Source: a virus. From it: a stretch of 64,000 nt of DNA. Below the pieces are notes generated by a model. That model saw only the letters and a list, made by a program, of their open reading frames with translations, searched no databases and was not told the DNA's origin. How positions within the stretch are numbered: the first letter of the stretch is position 1; each line of letters begins with the position of its first letter. Where the stretch lies: positions 69,912 through 133,911 of the IMG/VR virus record IMGVR_UViG_3300010430_000007. One strand, given 5' to 3'. A program made the translations under genes and the position numbers. Of the stretch, positions 1-8,961 are shown in pieces.

Positions 1-37
1 GAAGAGAAATTATAGGGTTGAATAAGGAGGATTTGAG

Positions 38-205
38 ATGGAAAAGTACAACAAAGAAAGTGTAGTAACAAACTACTACACGGCACAAAATGCTATAATG
101 AATATAGGAATTATGGAAGACATTCCAGAGGAGCTACATGGTCTTTGTATTAATGCTTCTGTGGCTATCAGCAAGATTGTAGACTACATCAATAAAGATG
201 AATAG
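38..205 (+). CDS. hypothetical protein (55 aa, below ORF-track cutoff)
   Basis: AAGGAGG RBS, ATG at 38, open frame MEKYNKESVV...INKDE to TAG, followed by a terminator. Confidence 0.55.
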   Translation: MEKYNKESVVTNYYTAQNAIMNIGIMEDIPEELHGLCINASVAISKIVDYINKDE

Positions 206-230
206 ACCACTAGAAATAGTGGTTTTCTTC
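206..230 (+). terminator. intrinsic terminator
   Basis: ACCACTA-GAAA-TAGTGGT hairpin plus TTTCTTC. Confidence 0.7.
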
Positions 231-309
231 TACCGCAAACATAGACACATTTACATATGATGAAATAAAGATTTCATTCAATTAATTTGAATTAATTTGC
301 GTTTATGGG

Positions 310-337
310 TTGACACGGTATGTCAGTGTGATATAAT
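310..337 (+). promoter_or_regulatory. sigma-A-type promoter
   Basis: TTGACA-16nt-TATAAT with TG extended -10. Confidence 0.7.
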
Positions 338-368
338 TGTATTATCAAATAGATGAGGAGTGAGTTAA

Positions 369-584
369 ATGAATAATGAAACTAAAGATATATTAAACAA
401 CATGACACCATCGGAACAACTAGAATGGTTAAAGAATAATCAAAAAAAGTTTAGAGTAACATATTTACCACAAGATGGAAGTTTAGGAAAGAAGACTAAA
501 ACAGTGAAGAGTATCAATGCAACAATGGCACCAATGAGAGTTGGAGATTTACATACTGTGATTAGTGTAGAAGAAGTTAAATAA
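369..584 (+). CDS. hypothetical protein
   Basis: GAGGAG RBS, 71 aa ORF directly after the promoter. Confidence 0.6.
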   Translation: MNNETKDILNNMTPSEQLEWLKNNQKKFRVTYLPQDGSLGKKTKTVKSINATMAPMRVGDLHTVISVEEVK

Positions 585-601
585 TAAAAGGAGTGAGATA
601 A

Positions 602-949
602 ATGAGTAAGAATCTAGTAACTACATATACGATTACAAAGGATGATAGATTGTATTTTGTTGAAGTGATAATGACATCCCATGCACAGAAAAGACATTCA
701 GAACGTAAAATTAAGCTAAATGGATATGGTATAGCAGGTAATATTATGGCTATGGGTACGAAGATATTGAGCCGAGTTAATCATGATGTATGTATCATTG
801 ACCCAGTGAATGAAGTGACAATTATAGTGGCGATTGATAGAGAAGGGAAGAGCAATACTTTGACAGCTTCAGTGGTAACTGTGATTGATAAGAGTGATGT
901 GTTTGTGAAGAAACATACTGATGTTGTGAAAATTGATGAATTATTTTAG
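602..949 (+). CDS. hypothetical protein
   Basis: AAGGAG RBS, 115 aa ORF. Confidence 0.6.
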   Translation: MSKNLVTTYTITKDDRLYFVEVIMTSHAQKRHSERKIKLNGYGIAGNIMAMGTKILSRVNHDVCIIDPVNEVTIIVAIDREGKSNTLTASVVTVIDKSDVFVKKHTDVVKIDELF

Positions 950-1039
950 TGAATAGGCTTGACAGATGATAGGATAGTTGATATAATTAAGACAGTTAAA
1001 GAGTTATTGAAGGTTGAGAATATTGGAGGTATGGAGATT

Positions 1040-1552
1040 ATGGAATTAAAAAGATATTGTTATGAAAATTTAGTTGAGTATTGTGAAGAAAGTTTAAACA
1101 TGGACGAGTTGCAAGCTGATGAGTTTGTAAATGATTTATTTGAAGATTTATCAAAAGATGATAATTGTTGTTATTGTGACCAGACAGAAAGTTTAGTAGT
1201 GTTTGGATTGCCAAAATGTGGATTTGAAAAATATGCACAAATCATTGGATATATGAGAATAAACCAAAAATCACAAGACAAAGTGTTTGAACAAATGTAT
1301 ATGAATGGCTACGATTTGTATCATTTTGGAAGTATTGAAGTTGATTTGATGTGTCTAGAAGGTCAATTCGGTGAAGGTTCTAAGGATTATGATTTTATTG
1401 TCTCTGAATTGGAAGAATACTTTAAAACAAACAAGTGTTTAAGTGGATTCAATGTTGATAAAAAAATTGCTGTAAGGATTGCAAAAGAGAAGGTCGAGGA
1501 AATCAAGAAAGATATTATTGAGTTGGAGAAATATATTTCAATGATAGAATAG
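1040..1552 (+). CDS. hypothetical protein
   Basis: GGAGGT RBS 9 nt before ATG 1040 (track starts at TTG 959). Confidence 0.6.
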   Translation: MELKRYCYENLVEYCEESLNMDELQADEFVNDLFEDLSKDDNCCYCDQTESLVVFGLPKCGFEKYAQIIGYMRINQKSQDKVFEQMYMNGYDLYHFGSIEVDLMCLEGQFGEGSKDYDFIVSELEEYFKTNKCLSGFNVDKKIAVRIAKEKVEEIKKDIIELEKYISMIE

Positions 1553-1573
1553 AAAGTAAATAGATAATAAATC

Positions 1574-1606
1574 AACCTAGGACTCTACATCCTAGGTTTT
1601 TGTTTT
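1574..1606 (+). terminator. intrinsic terminator
   Basis: AACCTAGGA-ctctaca-TCCTAGGTT plus T-tract. Confidence 0.7.
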
Positions 1607-1650
1607 GGTTGGTTATAAGTTTTCTAAATATGGGTATAAAATTTTTCTAT

Positions 1651-1679
1651 TTGACTATTTGAGTTATGTATGATAGTAT
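1651..1679 (+). promoter_or_regulatory. sigma-A-type promoter
   Basis: TTGACT-17nt-TAGTAT with TG extension. Confidence 0.55.
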
Positions 1680-1720
1680 TAGTATGATGGAATAGGTAGA
1701 TGAGAAAGTGAGGTAAATTA

Positions 1721-2659
1721 TTGAGTGATGACAAGAAAGGAATGAGTCTTGTAGACCTTGAAACAGGGTTGATATTTGAGGACGTGAAGCATGTTGTAAC
1801 ATATAAGCAAGATGATTTTATACAACACCAGAGGCGAATGAGTGAGGACAACAAGAGTTTTGTAGATGAATATGGAAATTTTATATTTAAGGTTGATTCA
1901 AAGAAATCAAATAAACTAGATGAAAAGGTGAGTGATTCAGACATAGCAAAACTTATATATTGTGCAACGTATCTAGACTATGATAACATCTTACATCATG
2001 ACGATGGTAAACCAGTGAGTAAGTCAGATTTAAAAGATTTGATAGGTGTTAGTGAAAGGATATTCTATAAGTGGTATAATATTATGATTAAATCTAAGGT
2101 GTTGATAGAAAAAGATAATAAGCTAAGTATGAATAAAAACTACTGTATTAAAGGTAAATTATCAAAGAATAAAGAGTATAACAGAATATTTATAAATGCT
2201 ATCAGATATGTATATACTGAGAACAGAGGTAAAAGTTTGAAGTCATTAGGTGGTATTATGAGGATGCTCCCACACGTTAACTACAAGCATAACGTATTAT
2301 GTTGGAATCCAAACGAGGAAGACGAGGAGAAAGTTAAACCAATTGAAGTCGGTGAGTTAATGAAAGCGTTAGGATATTACAACAACAGAGATTCGAAAAA
2401 GTTTATCAATATGATGAGTAAGTTTAGAATTAATGACGGTCAGCCAGTTATGCTATTCTTTAATGACAATGCATATCTCACTGAAAACTATGTGATATTC
2501 AATCCGTTATTGACTTATAGTGGGAAAAATGAAGACCTACCAGAGATTTATAAGATGTTTGTATTACTAGCAAACAAGCAAAAATCAAAAAATAAGGGTC
2601 AAAATCAACTCAATCAAAGTGATACCAAGGGTTTGAGTGTGCCGAAAAAAGTGAAGTAA
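1721..2659 (+). CDS. winged-helix DNA-binding protein, RepL/replication-initiator-like
   Basis: 312 aa; central KSDLKDLIGVSERIFYKWYNIMIKSKVL HTH-like segment followed by MNKNY; iteron-like repeats overlap its 3' end. Confidence 0.5.
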   Translation: MSDDKKGMSLVDLETGLIFEDVKHVVTYKQDDFIQHQRRMSEDNKSFVDEYGNFIFKVDSKKSNKLDEKVSDSDIAKLIYCATYLDYDNILHHDDGKPVSKSDLKDLIGVSERIFYKWYNIMIKSKVLIEKDNKLSMNKNYCIKGKLSKNKEYNRIFINAIRYVYTENRGKSLKSLGGIMRMLPHVNYKHNVLCWNPNEEDEEKVKPIEVGELMKALGYYNNRDSKKFINMMSKFRINDGQPVMLFFNDNAYLTENYVIFNPLLTYSGKNEDLPEIYKMFVLLANKQKSKNKGQNQLNQSDTKGLSVPKKVK

Positions 2660-2680
2660 ATCGCCGAAAAAAGTGAAGTA
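2641..2680 (+). repeat. 18-bp direct repeat x2, iteron-like
   Basis: GCCGAAAAAAGTGAAGTA at 2641-2658 and 2663-2680 (22-bp period). Confidence 0.8.
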
Positions 2681-2863
2681 CCAAAATGGCTATAAGTATT
2701 GCAAATCCTACAAAGTTATTGAAATTTACTTATGTAATATATATACTATTGGATAGAAGAAAATTAATAGATAATATTAGATAGATTTAAATGTTTAGAT
2801 TCAATAATTAAAAATACAATCAAACGGCTTCTGTGTAGGAACGGAACAGAAACGGCTTGACAA

Positions 2864-2879
2864 GTGCAACGCGTTGCAC
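2864..2879. promoter_or_regulatory. perfect 16-bp palindrome, candidate protein-binding site
   Basis: GTGCAACGCGTTGCAC in a GC-richer patch that also has AAACGGCTT twice. Confidence 0.5.
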
Positions 2880-2922
2880 GGGCTGATGTGGTTGAAAATT
2901 CAATAGAGAAAGGCATAAAAAT

Positions 2923-2948
2923 AACCCTAGATTTAATCGTCTAGGGTT
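2923..2948. terminator. hairpin terminator between convergent units
   Basis: AACCCTAGA-tttaatcg-TCTAGGGTT with an A-tract on the left. Confidence 0.65.
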
Positions 2949-2954
2949 TGTTGG

Positions 2955-3122
2955 TTAATACTGTACATATTCTATTTCATTATCTTTTAGTGTCTGTATG
3001 ACTTCGTTATATTCGTTTAATGATGATAAATTAATAATGTCTGTTAATTGTTCAGATGTTAATGTGATTGCGTCTAGTGAGTCCTCTGGTTCTAATACTG
3101 TTAATTTTGATAATTCATTCAT
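2955..3122 (-). CDS. hypothetical protein (55 aa)
   Basis: GAGGAG RBS on the minus strand, MNELSKLTVLEPEDS...IEYVQY*. Confidence 0.5.
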   Translation of the reverse strand: MNELSKLTVLEPEDSLDAITLTSEQLTDIINLSSLNEYNEVIQTLKDNEIEYVQY

Positions 3123-3396
3123 TTTAAAAATCTCCTCTCATTGCTACTTTAGGCAACTGTTGTAGTTTTCTACTGTTATAGAATAAAAATTGTTACGCGG
3201 TCATTTTGAGGTGCTGTTCTAGGTGTTCTGTTCAGTGAGCTGTTATAGGACTCGTGCTGTTATAGAAAGTATAACATATCTCACTCTGATGTCAAGGATA
3301 TTTGATATAGATGATAATCAATATAGATAGTTGTCAATCTGAATGTATAGGTGATTATCTATGTAACCACCTATTGATGATTGTATATATTTGCTA

Positions 3397-3942
3397 TTAC
3401 TTATATTTTCTTTTAAGTTGTCCGACTATTCTATTTACTTTCGTTTTCCATGATTTATAATCCCCGTCTTCATTTTCGTTGTATTCTAAATCCATTTCGT
3501 AATATTCACAACTGTCATATAACACATTGATACCTTTTGATTTAAGATAGTTACCAATCATTTCTTGAGTATCTTCATCTTCAACACTCAATGTTAAAAC
3601 TGCTGTAGCGTATGGTGATAATGTCTCCCATAGTTCTTCTTCATTCCATTCTAATTCTGGTTCAATATGCTCAAGTTCAAAAGTGATTGATTGAGATTTC
3701 TCAATTTGTTTTTCTTCTTTAACTTCTTCAACCTTTTCAATTACTGCAACCTCTGCTGTGTCAGCTGTACATTCAAACATATCTAAATCGTTATTGTTTA
3801 AGTGTTCATATCCTTCTGTAGAAATCCATACTTTATTAAATTCATCTGATAGGTCGTAGATGATACCAGTAACTTTTCTTGAGTTGTTGTAAACTGCTGT
3901 AACCTCTTGTCCTATTGAAAACTTATCGTAAATATTTGTCAT
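3397..3942 (-). CDS. hypothetical acidic protein
   Basis: AAGGAGG RBS, 181 aa; divergent TTGGCA-17-TATAAT promoter near 3990-4020. Confidence 0.65.
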   Translation of the reverse strand: MTNIYDKFSIGQEVTAVYNNSRKVTGIIYDLSDEFNKVWISTEGYEHLNNNDLDMFECTADTAEVAVIEKVEEVKEEKQIEKSQSITFELEHIEPELEWNEEELWETLSPYATAVLTLSVEDEDTQEMIGNYLKSKGINVLYDSCEYYEMDLEYNENEDGDYKSWKTKVNRIVGQLKRKYK

Positions 3943-4140
3943 TTGAATGACCTCCTTGTATTTGTGTTTCTCTCTTAACTCTTAACTAATTATAACATAT
4001 AAAAGAGGTTTGTGCCAAAAAACTTTTAAAAATAATAAAAAACTTTTTAAAAAAATATCTAATTATTTTCAAAAAAATCAACTATTTTATATGAAAGTGT
4101 GGTATAATAAGTTAACGAATTAATTAAGGGAGATTTAAAA

Positions 4141-4575
4141 ATGGATTATAAAAATTACTTTAAAAATAAGAAGAGTCAAAGAGAAGACAAAATAGTGGAA
4201 ACGGTAGAAGAGTTTAACTTTGAACCAATGAATAGAGCTATTGAAGCTGTAAGAAATATACTTTCAGAGTATGAACTATGTGACTACGTTTTAAACGAAG
4301 ATATTAGAGAAGAAGCGAACGGTCAATATATTACACATTCTAAGACAATTGAAGTTAAGTCTACCACTACATACAGAGACTGTTTGCATGAAATAGGACA
4401 TCATATACACCATGTATATTTTAGAAATGAAGCTTTAAGAATACCAAGAACAACTGACTATAGCAGAACAAACCACAAAGAAGCTTTTGCTGAAGCATTT
4501 AAATTTTATGTATTAGGTATTGAATCAATGGCGTCACACAATAGAATGAGTAAATTGATGGAATCTATTAAATAG
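4141..4575 (+). CDS. small zincin metallopeptidase (HExxH; ATLF/ImmA-like)
   Basis: CLHEIGHHIH motif and downstream KEAFAEAF glutamate motif. Confidence 0.6.
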   Translation: MDYKNYFKNKKSQREDKIVETVEEFNFEPMNRAIEAVRNILSEYELCDYVLNEDIREEANGQYITHSKTIEVKSTTTYRDCLHEIGHHIHHVYFRNEALRIPRTTDYSRTNHKEAFAEAFKFYVLGIESMASHNRMSKLMESIK

Positions 4576-4586
4576 AATTAATGATT

Positions 4587-4613
4587 GAGGCTCTTGTGAG
4601 TCTCTTTTATTTT
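4587..4613 (+). terminator. intrinsic terminator
   Basis: GAGGCTC-TTGT-GAGTCTC plus TTTTATTTT. Confidence 0.65.
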
Positions 4614-5352
4614 TAGAGAACATATAGACAAATAGAGATATGTGAGTATATCGTTCAAACGCCACTAGGGCTTATAGACTGTCGTCTATATTTGTATTGG
4701 TGAATATATTTATGAATAGATGTGAATGAATATGATGTAGATTGATGAGGTTAGATATAAGAGGAGATAAATATATATGGTAGTCTATGTATGGTATATA
4801 GATAAGTATTGATGTGTAGTGTATAGAAGGCTGTCTATAGTTATATATGTATGTGTATGAATGTGAGTCAGATAGATATCAGTGAATATAGATAAGAGTA
4901 TATATTGGTAAGGGTAAATATAGGTGAATGTATATATGTATATATCTATGAGAGTCTATGTTGAACATATAGACAAGAATAGATATTTGAATATTAGTAT
5001 GTGTGAATGTGTATAGATATTGATACAATTATATATGTGCGTGTGTAGATATGTATGATGGTAAATATATAAAGATGTGAATGTTTGGATATTATAATAT
5101 AGATAGGATTGAATATAGATATGTTTAGATATAGATGATATATAATATGTAATGAGCACAATGTGAAATGATTATAAATAGATATATAGGTGAGTGTTGA
5201 TATTAGTATACATAGATAGCTATCCATTCAATCGCCATTCAGGCTTTTAGATATTTATATATTATGATATGTATATGTGAGTATTGTTAACTGTTCAGTG
5301 TGATTGGGTTAACATATGGATAGATAGATAATAATAGATGTGATAAGTAGGC

Positions 5353-5451
5353 TGTGGATAATGTGGATAGAATTGTGGATAAGTATATAGGTTGTGGATA
5401 TGTTAATATGTGGATAAGTGTGTGGATAACATGTTAGTAATATGTGGATAA
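5353..5451 (-). promoter_or_regulatory. DnaA-box cluster (5 perfect plus 2 single-mismatch boxes)
   Basis: TGTGGATAA (=TTATCCACA on minus) at 5353, 5374, 5409, 5421, 5443; TGTGGATAG at 5362; TGTGGATAT at 5393. Confidence 0.85.
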
Positions 5452-5512
5452 TAAAATAGGTGATAATGAATACATCTGAATGAAAATTCTTGTTACCAAT
5501 TCGATATGCAAA

Positions 5513-5528
5513 TGTTTCACGTGAAACA
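5513..5528. promoter_or_regulatory. parS site (Spo0J/ParB binding)
   Basis: perfect palindrome TGTTTCACGTGAAACA matching the Firmicute parS consensus. Confidence 0.9.
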
Positions 5529-6563
5529 TTAATCAGTATCAATATGAGACTAATATATCAATTAATTCAAATATATCTATATATCACACAAAATGTCACA
5601 CAATCCACCAGATTCTCACAGATTCTAGTAGATATTAGCAGATAATAATAGAATGGATTATGCAGTGAATATAGTTGTATGTATTGGTATAGCTTGATTG
5701 TAGGCTATTATAGTGTGATTGTATGTACTGTGTATAATATAGTATTATCTACAGTAGTATTATGGTACAAATAGTGGGTAAATGGCTGAGAGTGAGTGAC
5801 AGCAATGGTTAGAAGGGTAGGGGTACTTTTCAAATATAGATAGTTGTCTATTTGTGGAAATTTCAATGAGTAGTTCCACCTCTACACCTTAACTAAATCC
5901 AACTACGGTATCGGTATATTTACACTTAAATCTCAATTTATTCTATTTTCAACACTTATCACACACTCAACACTTAATCTGAGTTGATTTCAACTCACTT
6001 TTTCTATTCTCATGTACACAATTGTCCACTATCGTCCTATCATGTCCATTTCAACATACTCACAGGTTAGTCACTCAACTAACTAACCTCATTTATATCA
6101 TTTTTCATCGATTAAACATGTACTCACACAACTTTATTTTCTACCCTACTCATACTACCTTCAACAACATATATCCTCTCTAACCCTTTGTATAATCACA
6201 GAATTAACTCACAGAATTCATCTACACCTACATCATTCCCAACTCACCTAACCCATATCAACTTTTCATCATATTTAACATTTTTATATAAAACGACACT
6301 GTGATAATATAAAGAGGGGTTACTTTCAAATCTAACCACCCTTCCTATATCCATACACAACCATATACTTACGTATAACAAAACTTAATTTCTCACCATA
6401 CCATTATACCTAATCAACACTATCTCTTCTCTAACATGCTATTCCATCGACGTAATTAACCGTAGAATTGATTTTACACGCTACTACAATCCCACAAACA
6501 TTTCACCTGTTTCCTTTATAATAGAACACAGACAATCTTCATGAAACTATTTTCAAATATCTC

Positions 6564-6592
6564 TTGACAAACTGTATTTAATATGCTAGTAT
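6564..6592 (+). promoter_or_regulatory. sigma-A-type promoter
   Basis: TTGACA-17nt-TAGTAT with TG extension. Confidence 0.7.
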
Positions 6593-6623
6593 TAGTTGAT
6601 GATAAAAATAAGGAGGAATAATA

Positions 6624-6905
6624 ATGGAACAGCACAGAGAATTACATGATAAAACTGGCGAGCAGTTAAGAAGTATTCTAGGAGATTATACTCAACTAGG
6701 TTCAAAATCAGCATCAGCATATTGGGTTGGAGTAATTGAAACTTTTTTACTAAACGAAAAATCTATTCAAGAATTATATTCATACGCATCAAAACTATAT
6801 GAAGTTGAAGATGAATTTGCCAAATATAGAAATGATGCCAGAAGGGATGTTGGTGAAGATTTAAAGGAGAATGAACATGAATCAAATAACAATCATAGAC
6901 TTTAA
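6624..6905 (+). CDS. hypothetical protein
   Basis: AAGGAGG RBS, 93 aa. Confidence 0.6.
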   Translation: MEQHRELHDKTGEQLRSILGDYTQLGSKSASAYWVGVIETFLLNEKSIQELYSYASKLYEVEDEFAKYRNDARRDVGEDLKENEHESNNNHRL

Positions 6906-7197
6906 TTTAATAAGTGAAATAAGAACAAGAATCAGAGAATATTCAAAGATTAAAAATAGTGTCTCTATAAGAATGGAATCTTTACTGAGTTATGGTAATA
7001 AAGAATTATTATCACTAACAAACAATATTCCAGTTTTAATTGACGGAAATGTAGAAGGACATATACAAGATGGAAATATAATATTATATGACACATTATT
7101 AGAAGGTATACAAATTTCAGATTATAAATTTTATCCATACGTTGTAGTTGAGCAATGTCAAGAGTATATCAGTGCGGTCGAGTTTAGAAAGGAATAA
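6871..7197 (+). CDS. hypothetical protein
   Basis: AAGGAG RBS (start may be 6877), 108 aa. Confidence 0.55.
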   Translation: MNMNQITIIDFNLISEIRTRIREYSKIKNSVSIRMESLLSYGNKELLSLTNNIPVLIDGNVEGHIQDGNIILYDTLLEGIQISDYKFYPYVVVEQCQEYISAVEFRKE

Positions 7198-7203
7198 TAA
7201 ATA

Positions 7204-7647
7204 ATGAATAAATACAGAGGAGAATGCTTAAACTTAAACAAAACAGTGTATGGAGATTTAATAACGGTGCAGGATACGCATAGGATTAGAGAATATTCAA
7301 GATTTACTTCTAACGAATATCTAGTAGATTCAAATACTATATCTCAATACACAGGATTGGGTGACACCAATTGTAAAGATATTTTCAACAACGACAAAGT
7401 AGATTTCTTAGGGATGAAAGGTGAAATTTGCTTTGAGTGCGGTGCTTTTGGAATAGGCTTTGTTGACTCAATTGACTACGACCTAATTCAAAAAGAAATG
7501 GATTCTAGACATTGGTGTTGTGGAAACGAATATAGCGGAATATTTAATGATAACTTTATTTCACTATGGGAAATCTATTGGAATTTTAAATGTGAAGAAG
7601 GGGCTGTTGACGTAGTGGAAATTTTGGAGGAGAATAATAATGGTTAA
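7204..7647 (+). CDS. YopX-family protein
   Basis: KYRG...VYGDL...SQYTGL.D.N.KDIF..D pattern typical of YopX. Confidence 0.75.
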   Translation: MNKYRGECLNLNKTVYGDLITVQDTHRIREYSRFTSNEYLVDSNTISQYTGLGDTNCKDIFNNDKVDFLGMKGEICFECGAFGIGFVDSIDYDLIQKEMDSRHWCCGNEYSGIFNDNFISLWEIYWNFKCEEGAVDVVEILEENNNG

Positions 7648-8134
7648 AATCAAACTGAATAAAAAAGGATACGTATATAGACACTGCAATTTACTAGAAG
7701 ATAAAGACTCAGAAGTGACAATGTATTCATATGAAGAAGTAATGACTACAAAAGATTTAACAGAAAGACAAAAACAATTGCTTGAATTAGATAGAAGATG
7801 TGTGATTTTCTATGGTCTCGTAGAAACTACAGATGAAAGTAGACCTTATCACACCGTTGGTGTATATGACATTTATGAAGAACAGGTTAAAGAACTAAGT
7901 GAAGACTTGACCACTGAAAAAATAACTAAGCAATCAAATCTAGAATTAACAATTACAATTGATACTGATGGTGTGAAGAAAGAAATAATTGACGCACTTG
8001 AGAGAAATAAAATCAGATATGATTTAGAAAATGTTAGATTGGTTAATAGTTATAAGAAGCATTACGTAGATATTTACGTTGGAGACGATTGGATTACAGA
8101 TGCAGATATTTCCGACTATATCAAAATAAACTAA
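7640..8134 (+). CDS. hypothetical protein
   Basis: GGAGGAG RBS, 164 aa. Confidence 0.55.
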   Translation: MVKIKLNKKGYVYRHCNLLEDKDSEVTMYSYEEVMTTKDLTERQKQLLELDRRCVIFYGLVETTDESRPYHTVGVYDIYEEQVKELSEDLTTEKITKQSNLELTITIDTDGVKKEIIDALERNKIRYDLENVRLVNSYKKHYVDIYVGDDWITDADISDYIKIN

Positions 8135-8184
8135 CCCTCCCGGGGCGTACTTATGAAATTATAGGTGCGTCTTTTATTATGTGC

Positions 8185-8294
8185 TTGACAAATAGGTGAA
8201 AATATGATAGTATTAGTTGAGCTCAGAAATAATATAGAAAATCCATAAATATTTCAATAAAACACTTGACAAAACTATAAAAGTATGGTATGAT
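8185..8294 (+). promoter_or_regulatory. tandem sigma-A-type promoters
   Basis: TTGACA(8185)-17-TAGTAT and TTGACA(8266)-17-TATGAT, both with TG extension. Confidence 0.7.
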
Positions 8295-8336
8295 ATTATT
8301 GTAAGTGAGAATAATATAAAAGAAAAGAGGGAATAT

Positions 8337-8624
8337 ATGAGTTATACACCAGAAGAAAGAGAAGTTGTATTACAATGGGATGAAGAAAGCAAACAATGGG
8401 ATTTTTATAGTAGAGTTCGAACCTTCAACACTAAAGTGTCAAAACTTAAAGGATTTGAAGAATCGCATCGAGAAACTACCGAGTCTGGAGTAATTACTGA
8501 GTTAAGAGGTAAGCTACCTACCAAGTGCATCTCGTTTAGAAATCATCGAGAAAAAGTCGAGCTCTCAGATGAAGAAAGAGCAATTCGCTCTGAAAGAGCT
8601 AAGAAGAATTTTGCGAAGAAGTAA
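8337..8624 (+). CDS. conserved phage hypothetical protein upstream of the RNA polymerase
   Basis: GAGG RBS, 95 aa. Confidence 0.6.
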   Translation: MSYTPEEREVVLQWDEESKQWDFYSRVRTFNTKVSKLKGFEESHRETTESGVITELRGKLPTKCISFRNHREKVELSDEERAIRSERAKKNFAKK

Positions 8625-8961
8625 ATGTACAGCAATCTCACGTTAGCTGTGAGAAGAGATAATATAATTTTGGTATTAGACTATGGCGAGACAATTAAAT
8701 TGATTAGAGAAAGGACAAGGTAATGTAAAATGACAGAATATTATGATGTAGACAGAGTAGTAGGTTATGTAGAAAAGAGAGAAGGATACATAGCGATTGA
8801 GAATGGATTTAAGAAAGGTGTTGAGACCTGTGAGTGTGGTGGCAGTTCTGATAAATATGGACGATGCGACTGGTGTGGAAAAGTTGTAGAAGAATATTAA
8901 ACAAAACATTAATACATTCAAGTATGAATATACAAATAAAAGACAGAAAGGATGTTGAGTA

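Larger units (their letters stand above)
4620..6540. other. long non-coding region with G-rich to C-rich strand-skew inversion (candidate origin or packaging region)
   Basis: no credible ORF; left part nearly C-free with ATATAG/GTATAT-like quasi-repeats, right part G-poor; switch near 5820-5880. Confidence 0.6.

Noticed and set aside
5353-5451. Possible CRISPR or mini-array
   Set aside because: Repeats are only 9 bp with 0-13 nt gaps and match the DnaA box; no cas genes and no spacer-length units anywhere in the window.
4956-5542. Minus-strand ORFs 4956..5159, 4994..5227, 5309..5542
   Set aside because: Ile/Tyr/His low-complexity translations that arise from the skewed non-coding sequence; no RBS.
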